A stretch of 60,403 nt of DNA, the filler included, from Circinaria calcarea (taxonomy: Eukaryota), in assembly GCA_051942165.1 (NCBI GenBank). It is 5 parts of 5 records of this genome, joined end to end, with 100 filler letters (N's around TTAATTAATTAA, not from the genome) between each part and the next. Parts side by side here need not be neighbours in the genome. Positions count along the whole stretch, not along the records: positions 48,422 to 60,403 come from JAVECS010000621.1; 4 more parts are not named here. One strand, 5' to 3'. This document shows, in pieces, positions 49,636 through 60,403 of this stretch. The notes beneath the pieces were generated by a model. The model made no database searches. It had not been told where the DNA came from and saw only the letters and a program-made list of their open reading frames with translations. Position 1 is the first letter of the stretch, and every line of letters begins with the position of its first letter. A program made the translations under genes and the position numbers.

Positions 49636-52082
49636 CTACTCCTGACGCCTGTACTGCCCGGGAAGGGTGCCACGCCCAGCAAGACCGAATTGTAGCGGAT
49701 CAAAAGCGTCCATGGGATGTCTCTGAGGACCTCCACTGAAGAACATCCGGTTTGAAGGACTTACCCTCCCTTCCGGAGGTATACCCATGGGAGGAAATCC
49801 TGGCGGTGGCCCATTGATCCCAACGAAGCCTGGCGGTGGAGGAGCTCCAGGGCCTGAGCCCATATGTCTCATTCCAAATGGTAAGCTTCTGTCATTTGAG
49901 ACATTAAGGTTCGAAAGATTAGGTATCAGCCCAGGCGGAAACTGGTTTGGATTGCGGTTGGGGTTCTGGAAACCTGGCGGAGGAACCACCATGCTTTGAC
50001 GTTGTTGCTGTATGTGCTGGCCGTACCCCGGTGGCAGTGGCTCAAATCCTGGGGGTCGCTGTAAGTTCTGGGCCAATTCGTATTGTTGGGACGCACTGGG
50101 CACTGATTGACGCCGAACCGGGTTTATTGTAAGATCATCGTAGAACTCAGTGTTAGGTGGCATATGAACCCTCCTAGTTTGGCTAGCGGTTGGGTTCAGT
50201 TTGTCGCGAGGTCGCCCATTTCCATTTGTTGGTTCGCCAAAGCCTTCGGCACGAAACAACTGATTTGGATGCTGCTGAGGTTGAGGCATGTTGGGGAACG
50301 GAAGGATTCCGGGTGCATTTCCTGTCGGAGGTCTCTGGCCACCTCCTACTAGTTGATTGATGTCGGAGCCTTTTTGCTGCATTAACTTCAGTAAGAACTC
50401 GCTATCTCTATTTTGCGGGCCAGGACCATCTCGCGCGGATTGTTGGCTAAGTAAACTCTCGAGCCCAAGAGATCTCCGAGAACGTGGGGAATGGATAGGG
50501 GGTGATGATCGTTCGTTCTCTTTAACATGTTCTCTTGGCGGTGTTTTGCGACCTGCGCCTCCAGACGGACTCTGCTCTGCAAGAACAGCCTTCCCTGGTT
50601 GGGCCATGAATAACGGGGAGGCGTTGTCGACTGCGGGATTGCCACTACCAAGCATCTGCAGAATGCGTTGGAATCCTTCTTTATCCTCGCTAGAGGAGTC
50701 CTTTTCCTTGCCTAGGGGTATAGAGAAAGACTGCGGTTCCGGTTGGGAGGGTGTCTTCTCTGGCTTGGGACTAAAGAAGCCTGTGAACCTTGAGGATTTA
50801 GGGGGGTTTGGTCGCGCTGTATCTTGTTTGGACTTGTCCTCGCTGTCTTCACCTGCTGCGACTCCATCGCCTGACTTCGGCAAACTCCACATCCTCAAGA
50901 ATTTGTCCTCTGATGGGTCCAGAATTAAGGGTGTATCCAACTTACGGTTTCCCACGTTGGGTAGTGCTTCAGAAGCAGAACGACCACGGCTATCAGCTGC
51001 CTCCGTCGAGGAGGCTTCTGTCGTTGAGTTGGCCTTCATGCTGGCCTTCCATTTCTCCATGTCTTCCACAGTATGGGTTTTCTTATTGTCCTCCGCCTCA
51101 GGCTCCATCATCCATTCAGGATCTTGCTCCACTCTAGTACCCCTATTCCATTCGCGATCAACCCCACGACGATTTGATCTCTCTCCATCACGCCAGTCTC
51201 GACCTTTTGTAATATCTCTACCGCTCTCTAAAGCTTGGCTATTTTGAGGATCACTATCCCGGTACCACGAAGCCCTATTCCCTCGGCCGATCCCGTTTCG
51301 AGGGTTTATCGTATTATCATCGTCGCGCCGGTGATTTTCGAAACCCTTCTGCTGAGGTCGCCTATTGTTTCGACCATCTACCCTATCCTGGTCACGATCA
51401 CGATCTCCATTGTTGCGAGATATCCGCTGATTATCATCCGTTACAAAATTCTTTCCTGATCGAAGCCCTTCCCAGGTATCCCCGTCTTCCTTGGTAGTTC
51501 GACGTCCATGCACGGCCCCCAAAGTTGATGCTCTTGTAGTGGAATCCTCCTCACCTTCACGCTTATCTTTGTCATTGCTTGATTTATCCCTTGAGAGCTG
51601 ATTCTCGTTCTTGGAGTTACTCATGTAAGGACTGAAGTTTGGTCGACCCGGGGTATCGAGAGATTTGGGAGTATTCCGTACAGCAGAAGCGGAAGCAAAT
51701 GCCGTTTTGGGGGGACCAAGGATAATATCGGATGGAACTTTATATAGATTTGAATTATCAGCCAAAGCCGTTAAAACCTTTGAGAACAGACATACCGTTA
51801 GTTGATCCACGTGACATACGTCTGTTCTCTGCTAATGATGGCCTTTCCATAGCCCCCATCATCTGGTACGGGGTGGAATCCTCAGTCTTTGCTCTCTGCA
51901 TCGAGGGTTTCCTCGGATTATGCTCCTGGGGAGGTCTGAAGACATCATTAACAAGCCCAGGTATCGAAACAGCAATCTTCTCACCCCATCCACTCTTCTA
52001 TGGCGGGTAGCCCAGGTGGCTTGCATACTAGTGGAGAGTCACGTAGTCGTAGCATCTCAGCTCGGTGGTACGGGCGTGCCAT
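49636..52082 (-). CDS. Putative eIF4E-binding translational repressor (4E-T/Eap1-like), 3 exons
   Basis: Exon 1 MARPYHRAEMLRLRDSPLVCKPPGLPAIEEWMG (YxxxxLphi-like); later EQDPEWM, SRFTGFF and PPPGF repeats in a 724-codon low-complexity ORF. Confidence 0.7.
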
Positions 52083-52796
52083 CTTGCAAATGTACAATAG
52101 ATGGCTACACTAATAGCCTGTCGATTGAAAGATAACCAGTGAGATATAGCAGAGCGGTATGAATGGATAAGTGATTGTGTTGGAAGTACTGAGTGGCAGA
52201 GTTGTTAGAGGTGAGGAGGTCGCAGGGAAGCTCAGTGTACGGGTGAGTATCCGTCTAATTTGTTGGAAACCTGATTGGCTTTGAGGACAAACTGACGGGA
52301 AGATTTCTGAGTAACTAATGTGTTTGTTGAGGAGGAGGCGTATGTGTAATGAGATGGTGTAATGGGTCGGGGCATCTCAACTATCTACTCGTAGTCAACA
52401 CACTCGTAGGTGCTCGTTTTTACAGGGGTGTCCACGTGATCGGTGGAACTTTTATTCGATCGGAACAAAATATCTACTCATGTTGCAAGAAACCATATCA
52501 CTACATCCTGTACTCGTCAAACGGTTAGGCAAGGAGAAATGAATCAACTATCCCGAAGCTTCTGGTTAAGGTGCCATGGATATTAATTCAAACGTATGCT
52601 GAAGCACTAGGGGCTTTCTCCCAATGTCTACCGTGCTGTGAAAACGTGTCATAATATGACATTGAAGGCCCGGTTGTCGAAGCTGAATTCCGCTACCTTA
52701 GAGAGGGCGGCTCATCTGTACACTAGTAGCTAAGGCTTCATGCCGGGTAGCCTTTGCTTTCTTCCACCAATCTAAGTTTCAATCCCCATCATTCAA

Positions 52797-55700
52797 CTAA
52801 ACGGAGGCTATTCCATTGCTCCACTCCTGAACACGATCCTTCTCACATGTCCTGGATATCCGTGAAGCCAACGAGAGCAGCAGAGTTTCGTCCATCCCGC
52901 CCTTGGCTATGCAGACTTTTATCCAACTCAAGACTGCACATCTAGTGAGCAGAGTCGTGCTACCGTCAACGTATGTACATCGATAAAGGAGATGGAGAAT
53001 CCTGTTATGAATTCTCGCCGGCACAGATGGAGACGCTGATATTGAAAGCAAGCGTTCGAAAATCTTGCATCGGCGGTATTGATTCATATCCTATATCCAT
53101 GGTTAATATCTTCTAACTCAGCATTCGGTAGCAAATCCTTACTGCTGGCGTTCGGAGACCATCTATTAGTGCGTCAACCAACCATCCGACTTCTTTGTGG
53201 TGAGCATCGTCGTCGACCGGGGGATGGAGAAACACTTTATCAACCCAATAAGAAGGTAGCCTCGCTATGTTCCAGTGTGGACTTTTGTTGAGAAATCTGT
53301 TGACTTTAGTGTACATGAAATGTACCGGATCCGCTAGGACCGATAAAGACCGTGATGCGACCACTCCGGCAAAATATGGATATGGCTCGGTCGGTATAAC
53401 CCCTCGAGCTGACTCGACGGCCTCGCCAAGCAGGATGTACACCTGCTGCCATTCACTATACTCCGAGCCCTGATGAATGTAAGGATCAGTTATGATGGCA
53501 CATACGAGGGAATCGCTCACCTCAAGTTTCGCCATCAGACTCTGAATAGCAAGGAGAGCTTGCTTTCGTACTTCTCCGTACTTGGAGCAGAGGCAAAGTA
53601 ACAATTTGCCAATAGTACCGTCCTCAACAGCATCCGCCATGTCTTGCTTTATCCACCGACTTAGTTCCGGGTGATCTTCAGCTTCATCTGGAGGCCCGTA
53701 GGCTAAGTCAAGGTCATGTCTTGCTGTATCGCCAGAGGATACTGGGGAATGTTTCTCGATGCCTGAATCATTTGACACCGGATTTCCTACGGCATGAAGC
53801 TGCCCTCGCAACAGTCTAACCGCCTCGATGTTTGGTTGCTCCTTCAAGATAGCCTTTAGCATAGTACAGCAACGCTTATCATTGATTCGATCTATCAACT
53901 GATCGCGTACATACTGCAGAATATTAATATCTTCGCCGATGAATTGAAGGTACTCCAAGTACCGAGCCAACCAAAATGTTATATTTTCCAAGTTAGAAGC
54001 TGGAGTGGCTTCAACGAAGAAGGACCATTGTTCAAGAATTACCATGAGCAGTAAGCTGATTGGTTTCGTTTGACTCTCCGTAGCCTTAGCTAAGTTTCTA
54101 TCCCTAAGTTCGTTGAGGTCGCCGTAGTATTTGATTGTCTTCCGTACCAAGCGAAGGATACAGTTGTCCAGAAAAGCGTACAGTGGACTTGATGCTTGCC
54201 ATTGCCTATCGGCCTTCAAGCTAGCTATTAAAGCATCGAAGGCGGATATCTCCGTATCGTGCTGTAGTATTGTGTGATCTCTAATCACAGATTGGAGTAA
54301 CGCTCGGATGTTGCTCTGGGCGTCCTTTGCTGCATCTACATGCAGTCGTAGAATGGTTGTGAATGGGGAGATTGGCATATTTTCTAGTACTGAGTGTTAG
54401 AACGAGACTTCTTTCATACATGTTTTTCAACTGACCGGGCTTCTGCCACCATTGCATGTCTGATGATCTATATGCAATTTCCAGGAGGTGATCTAGTTCC
54501 AACAAGCGTACACTATTATCTTCGAGAACCTCTTTCATTGATTCAATGTCATTCAAGGTGTGCGAAAGCGCAATGGAAATATCGAACTTTTCTTCCAAAG
54601 CTACCTGAGGAATGTATTTATAGTACATAGCCAATAGACGAAGTAGGGCTTCTCTCAACATAACTGAATCCTTTGGACAGGTGCGAAAAGCAGCAATTAC
54701 ATGCTTCAGTTCCGGGCTTCGCCTGCAAAATTCCGCCTTGAGTCTCACTCTAGCTTGCTCCCATACGGTGTTTGATCGTTCTTCGGGATGAAATGATAGG
54801 AGGACAGATTCAAGCTTCAAAAATGAGACTGTCAATAGCCTTGTCGCAAAGAAGGTGATCAAGTTGGTATTTTGGTTGAGGCATCTCGTTAAAGCTTTCT
54901 GTGTCAGAGGTTGCGGTAGTATACTCTCAATAACTATAGATACCGGGGGAGGGACATCGCTAAGGTTGCGGTCTGGTATAGGCAGCTGGGCGACAGAAAA
55001 GAGAAAAGCAGAATACCCAATCCAGGTAGCTGATAACTTTGGGTCAAAGGAGAAGGACTTCTTCTTGAAGAAATAATCCGCAACTAGTTCAGGAGCGGTT
55101 CGGAATATAGCTAACAGCAGCTCTCTGTGTGGAGTGCTAGCGTACGGACGTAACCCTTGAATGAATGATGCAAGTGCTGTATTTCGAACCGGGACCTTCT
55201 CTGTATATCTGTCATGCAATGTATGCTGGTCAGTACCTAACGTTGTCTCGTCGGTATCTGGATCGTTAACCGGTACATCTGTCCCCGGAGGATACCAACC
55301 GCTTTGTGCAACTAGAACCCCATGGTCAATGGTTGTGCATACGAACAGCAATAATGCATGAGCGGAATCTTGGACAGCAGGCCGTCCTTCCAGAAGGGTT
55401 TCATCTTCTTCGAAGCCATACAAGGCAGCAATCCGAGTCAACGTCCAATCTGTGAAGAGTCGACTTTTCACGGTCCGTGAAAGGGTGGCATCTAAAGCGA
55501 CGGATTTCTTGGTTGTTGAGATAATCTCGTGAATGGTGTTGGGTGAGTCGTCCTTGATATCTTGGAAAATGGCTCTAATCAGTTTCGGTTGGGATAGAAT
55601 ATCGGCCTTAGCATTCTGGTCCTGGAGTCTCAGATTGGCTAAGATATAACGTAACGCATTTTGACGAACCGAGGGCTTCCGCGGACCCTCAGTAGCTGTG

Positions 55701-56423
55701 TCTGGAGATTTATTTCGCATACTCAAGAAAACATCCAAACGCTTGAAGGTGACATCGCGTTGAATGTAGAGGCGTTTCGCCGAGCTACCACCATCAAAGG
55801 ATACCACTTCGGTAAGCAGCCTTAAGCATGGTGATATAAGGAATTCTTTGGTCTTATTTGCCGTCAATCCTCTATCAAAGAGCTTAAGTTGGTCCCTGCG
55901 CATTAAAGTCCTACATAGCTGAATCCCAAATTCTCGGGCGTCAATCAAACTTGATATGGTTTTCAACAAAAGAGCTAGAACAGCTGGAATTGCAGAGAGT
56001 AGTCCATCATTGTTAGACCGTGCGGCAAAGCTCCATGTCTGCAAGAGATCTTTGAGGCAAATTGACGTATTATCACCAGGATCGACAGTTTCCGATTTTA
56101 GGAAGTCGAGAAGTAGTCTTTGTTTGTCGGAGCGATCTATGCTCTGTTCCCCGTATGTGATGGCCTCTAAAAGCCGCTTGAAGGACTGTATGTCTAGCAA
56201 AAGTAAGCTCGGTTATCTACACTTTTTGAAACGATATCGACATACTCTGGCGTACATTGAAGCCCCCATCTTGATGAAAGGTAAGAATGCTACGTAACTG
56301 GTCGACTGAGTTTATGTCGTCAGGGGACTTAGCTACGGCTCCTACACCATTTGACAACTTCTGCCTCTTGCTTCGAGCGTCATCAAGGCCGGTTTCGTTA
56401 GTGAACGTGGTCCGTTTACCCAT
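52797..56423 (-). CDS. URB1: Nucleolar pre-ribosomal-associated protein 1 (4 exons)
   Basis: ISPCLRLLTEVVSFDGG, KPSVRQNALRY, APELVADYF, SFDPKLSATWIG, ESILPQPL, DGSTTLLTR. Confidence 0.88.
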
Positions 56424-56715
56424 TTCGCTTACTTCGTCACTAAGTATGTATGAGGGTGAATTTTGCTACTCATGTCCTTCAACGTATCAGATAGGATCTG
56501 ATACGAAAGCTGTTATGAAAATCTAGCGGAGGAATTAGTAGCGAAGATTTAATCGATATTCTTAGCCTGCCCTGCAAGCGGGTTTAGCGCCCGGCGCGCC
56601 GTTGTTGCCGCATCGCCATTATTTCTACATGATACAAGTGTACCAGCTATTCTGGTTTGACCTTTGCCACTCAGGATTCTACTTGGGGAGGACTACTACT
56701 CCGTAAGTGGACATC

Positions 56716-59700
56716 ATGGACGATCTAGAATCCTTGGAAATCCTTTCTCTTGTCTCAAAAGTCACCTCCGAACTACAGAACCATCTTGGTATCAATGAGA
56801 AGACCCTAGCCGAATTTGTGATTGCTCAATATCTAAAATGCAGTTCATTATCCGAGTTCAAGTCACAGCTAGATGCTATGGGCGCGGAATTCCCGCAGAG
56901 TCTCGTGGAGAGCATCGACAGATTAGTGCTCACTATGCACCCCAAGTGTAAGGGCAAGCGGGATAATGCAACAGCCGAAGACGAAGATCCGAATAGACTC
57001 AACGGCCTGGATGAAGTGGAAAGGAAAACAAGGATATTTAAAGGGTTGGCGCTGCCGGATCGAGAACAGTCATGGAGTGACGAACTAGCAGCGCATGAGG
57101 GCGAGAGCAAACTTGGGGCTCTAGATGATACCTTTGCGCTACTCGAAGGACTGGCTGGAAAAAGTAAGGAATATCGTAACGGTGATAGGAAAAGAAGCCG
57201 CAGTCCGGAAGATGACTATGCGCGTGGCAGGCGGAAAAAGGATAGACACAGGTCCAGGTCAAGATCAGATAGTCGGGATCTTCAAGGGAAGGGGAGACTA
57301 CGTGGATCGAGAGACTATCCGGAGAGCAGGCGTCAAAGGAAGGATGACGATACCTATCACGAGAGGGGCTCCAACGGTCGCTATAGTAAAGAAATGGAGA
57401 ACGGCCATACGGATGGCAGACGGAGAACTCGAAAAGGAGAGGACAACGAATTCAAACGGCCTCCAATACCAGAAGTTGATGAGACTCCGAAGTTGTTCAA
57501 AGTCTATGATGGGAAGATTACAGGAGTCAAGGATTACGGAGCATTCGTCAATTTGCATGGCGTCAAAGGCAAGGTAGATGGACTAGTACATGTGTCTGCC
57601 ATGCAAGAAGGTACTAGAGTAAACCACCCATCGGATTTAGTGTCGCCAGGTCAGCCAGTTAAAGTCAAAGTTATGAAAATCGAGAACGGCAAATATGGTC
57701 TATCAATGAAGGAGGTGGATCAAGTTACTGGTCGTGATCTTGCTCCTCAGAGAAGGATTGCATCGGGAGCCAACATGGAGAGACTGGATGGGATGGGCCC
57801 TGCTACAGATACTGATGGGAGGAATGGTATCCAAAATTCAGATGTTTTGGTTATCGAAGGCGATATGAATGGAAAGGCGATGAGGAATAAGAAGAGGATG
57901 ACTTCCCCAGAGCGATGGGAGATCCAACAGCTGATTGCTTCTGGGGCTATATCTGCCCTCGATTACCCGGACATCAATGAAGAGTACAACGCGACTCTGA
58001 ACGGAGAAGGCGACTTTGAGGAGGAGGAAGACGTTGACATTGAAGTTCGAGAAGGAGAACCCCCGTTCCTAGCAGGTCAAACCAAACAATCTCTCGAACT
58101 TTCCCCCATACGAGTTATCAAAGCACCTGATGGATCACTCTATCGTGCTGGAATGGCTGGCGCTCCTTTGGCTAAGGAGCGTCGGGAGTTGAGACAGTCG
58201 GAAGCAAAGGATGCGGCTGCCGAACAAGCTTCTCAGGTTGACCTGAACGCGCAGTGGCAAGACCCAATGATGGCAGCGGATCAGCGCAAGTTCGCTAGTG
58301 ACCTCCGCAATCCCCAAGCCCACAAAGCTGATGTCGCTCTGCCCGAATGGAAAAGAGCAATTCAAGGCAAAGATCAATCCCTGGGTAAGAGGACTTCGAT
58401 GTCGATTAAACAACAACGGGAAAGTCTGCCTGTATACAAGTTTCGCCAACAACTACTTGATGCAGTGAAGGAGTACCAGCTCATGATTGTCGTGGGTGAT
58501 ACCGGTTCAGGAAAGACCACTCAGTTGACTCAATATCTAGCCGAAGGTGGGTATGCCAACAACGGAATGATTGGATGTACTCAACCTCGTCGTGTTGCGG
58601 CCATGTCCGTTGCCAAACGTGTGGCGGAAGAGGTTGGCTGCAGGCTTGGTCAAGAGGTTGGATATACCATCCGATTTGAAGATTGTACCAGTCCGGAAAC
58701 CAAGATAAAGTACATGACTGATGGAATGCTACAACGAGAGGTTTTGCTGGATCCAGACTTGAAGCGGTACTCGGTCATCATGCTGGACGAAGCTCATGAA
58801 AGGACGATAGCAACAGATGTACTGTTTGGATTGCTGAAAAAGACTTTGAAAAGAAGGCCAGATTTGAAGCTCATCGTCACCTCTGCTACGCTTGATGCCG
58901 ACAAATTTGCCAAATACTTTAACGATTGTCCAATCTTTACGATACCCGGTCGTACATATCCTGTTGAAATCATGTACTCGAAAGAACCTGAATCTGATTA
59001 TCTCGATGCCGCTCTTATCACTGTCATGCAGATACATCTTACCGAGCCTCAGGGTGATATCTTACTCTTTCTGACCGGTCAAGAAGAAATTGACACCAGC
59101 TGTGAGATTCTATACGAGAGGATGAAAGCGCTCGGACCTAGCGTTCCTGAACTCATCATTTTACCAGTGTATTCGGCGTTGCCAAGTGAAATGCAGAGCA
59201 AAATTTTCGAACCTGCGCCACCTGGAAGCCGGAAGATTGTCATTGCGACGAATATCGCCGAAACATCCATCACCATCGATCGAATCTACTATGTTATTGA
59301 CCCTGGATTTGTGAAGCAGAATGCTTACGACCCGAAGCTTGGAATGGATAGTCTTGTCGTGACTCCTATTTCACAAGCGCAAGCAAAACAGCGAGCAGGC
59401 CGTGCTGGAAGGACCGGGCCAGGGAAATGTTTTAGGCTGTATACCGAGGCTGCTTTCCAGTCCGAGATGCTTCCAACGTCGATTCCTGAGATCCAGCGGC
59501 AGAACTTATCACATACCATTTTGCTCCTAAAAGCCATGGGTATCAATGACCTGTTGCATTTTGACTTTATGGATCCACCAAAGACAGATACTATGCTTTC
59601 AGCCCTGGAAGACCTCTATGCTCTTTCTGCCCTGGATGACGAAGGGCTCCTTACCCGATTAGGCCGGAAGATGGCAGACTTTCCCATGGAGCCCACCTTG

Positions 59701-60403
59701 GCCAAGGCACTCGTGGCTTCGGTGGAACTGGGTTGCTCCGAGGAAGTACTGAGCATAGTTGCCATGCTTCAGGTTCAAACAGTATTCTACCGCCCGAAGG
59801 AGAAGCAACAGCAAGCCGATCAGAAGAAATCAAAATTTCACGATCCGCACGGAGATCACTTGACGCTGCTGAACGTCTACAATGGCTGGAAACAATCAAA
59901 GTTCTCCAACCCGTGGTGTTTTGAAAACTTCATCCAGGCCCGGAACATGCGTCGAGCGCAGGATGTCCGGCAGCAGCTTGTCAGTATTATGGAGCGATAC
60001 AAGCACCAGATCGTCTCCTGCGGCCGAAATACCGTCAAAGTCCGTCAGTCCCTCTGTTCCGGCTTCTTCAAAAAGGCGGCCCGCAAAGACCCTTCGGAAG
60101 GCTACAAGACCCTCGTCGAAGGCACCCCCGTTTACATGCACCCGTCATCCGCGCTGTTTGGAAAACCGGCCGAGCACGTCATTTACGATTCGCTGGTGTC
60201 GACGACAAAGGAGTACATGCACTGCACGACGGCGATTGAACCGAAATGGCTGGTCGAAGCAGCGCCGACGTTTTTCAAAGTCGCGGGCACGGATCGGTTG
60301 TCGAAGCGGAAGAAGGCGGAGAGGATCCAGCCGTTGCATAATCGGTTTGCCGGGGAGGATGATTGGCGGTTGTCGGCGCAGAAGAGGCAAGGGAGGGGGG
60401 GCG
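56716..60403 (+). CDS. PRP22: DEAH-box pre-mRNA splicing helicase, intronless, stop codon beyond the window edge (so absent from the ORF track)
   Basis: MDDLESLEILSLVSKVTSELQNHLG; RS region; S1 domain (DGLVHVS); GDTGSGKTTQ, TQPRRVAA, LDEAHER, SAT, QRAGRAGR; C-terminal DDWRLSAQKRQGR. Confidence 0.97.
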   Translation, partial: MDDLESLEILSLVSKVTSELQNHLGINEKTLAEFVIAQYLKCSSLSEFKSQLDAMGAEFPQSLVESIDRLVLTMHPKCKGKRDNATAEDEDPNRLNGLDEVERKTRIFKGLALPDREQSWSDELAAHEGESKLGALDDTFALLEGLAGKSKEYRNGDRKRSRSPEDDYARGRRKKDRHRSRSRSDSRDLQGKGRLRGSRDYPESRRQRKDDDTYHERGSNGRYSKEMENGHTDGRRRTRKGEDNEFKRPPIPEVDETPKLFKVYDGKITGVKDYGAFVNLHGVKGKVDGLVHVSAMQEGTRVNHPSDLVSPGQPVKVKVMKIENGKYGLSMKEVDQVTGRDLAPQRRIASGANMERLDGMGPATDTDGRNGIQNSDVLVIEGDMNGKAMRNKKRMTSPERWEIQQLIASGAISALDYPDINEEYNATLNGEGDFEEEEDVDIEVREGEPPFLAGQTKQSLELSPIRVIKAPDGSLYRAGMAGAPLAKERRELRQSEAKDAAAEQASQVDLNAQWQDPMMAADQRKFASDLRNPQAHKADVALPEWKRAIQGKDQSLGKRTSMSIKQQRESLPVYKFRQQLLDAVKEYQLMIVVGDTGSGKTTQLTQYLAEGGYANNGMIGCTQPRRVAAMSVAKRVAEEVGCRLGQEVGYTIRFEDCTSPETKIKYMTDGMLQREVLLDPDLKRYSVIMLDEAHERTIATDVLFGLLKKTLKRRPDLKLIVTSATLDADKFAKYFNDCPIFTIPGRTYPVEIMYSKEPESDYLDAALITVMQIHLTEPQGDILLFLTGQEEIDTSCEILYERMKALGPSVPELIILPVYSALPSEMQSKIFEPAPPGSRKIVIATNIAETSITIDRIYYVIDPGFVKQNAYDPKLGMDSLVVTPISQAQAKQRAGRAGRTGPGKCFRLYTEAAFQSEMLPTSIPEIQRQNLSHTILLLKAMGINDLLHFDFMDPPKTDTMLSALEDLYALSALDDEGLLTRLGRKMADFPMEPTLAKALVASVELGCSEEVLSIVAMLQVQTVFYRPKEKQQQADQKKSKFHDPHGDHLTLLNVYNGWKQSKFSNPWCFENFIQARNMRRAQDVRQQLVSIMERYKHQIVSCGRNTVKVRQSLCSGFFKKAARKDPSEGYKTLVEGTPVYMHPSSALFGKPAEHVIYDSLVSTTKEYMHCTTAIEPKWLVEAAPTFFKVAGTDRLSKRKKAERIQPLHNRFAGEDDWRLSAQKRQGRGG

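Noticed and set aside
50357..51247. Long antisense ORFs (296 aa here; also 25197-25856 and others)
   Set aside because: Shadow frames of real genes on the opposite strand

Overview
Eukaryotic DNA from a filamentous ascomycete (Pezizomycotina; short GT-AG introns with CTRAC/CTAAY branch sites; a lichen-forming lineage is a guess, not shown). The window is not one locus. It is five unrelated ~12.0 kb contigs (1-12013, 12114-24122, 24223-36222, 36323-48321, 48422-60403) joined by identical 100-bp artificial spacers (44 N + TTAATTAATTAA + 44 N). Most of the content is conserved housekeeping genes: RTG2-like, THI4, PRE2, NAB2, HEM14, CCT4, an AlkB dioxygenase, SDH1, RPL36, a TUG/UBX protein, PUP3, SERCA Ca-ATPase, 14-3-3, PMA1, NRD1/Seb1, CIT1, a 4E-T/Eap1-like protein, URB1 and PRP22. 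The strongest non-coding signal is a complete TPP riboswitch in the THI4 5'-UTR intron, with a readable splicing/uORF switch acting on two tandem donors. Other points of interest are a strong hairpin pair just upstream of the PMA1 start, a CBP-like cysteine-rich secreted protein, a start-codon-less secreted-protein pseudogene, unannotated decayed or multi-exon orphan genes in contig 2, and a possible retropepsin remnant. I found no multi-gene novel system that the sequence supports.
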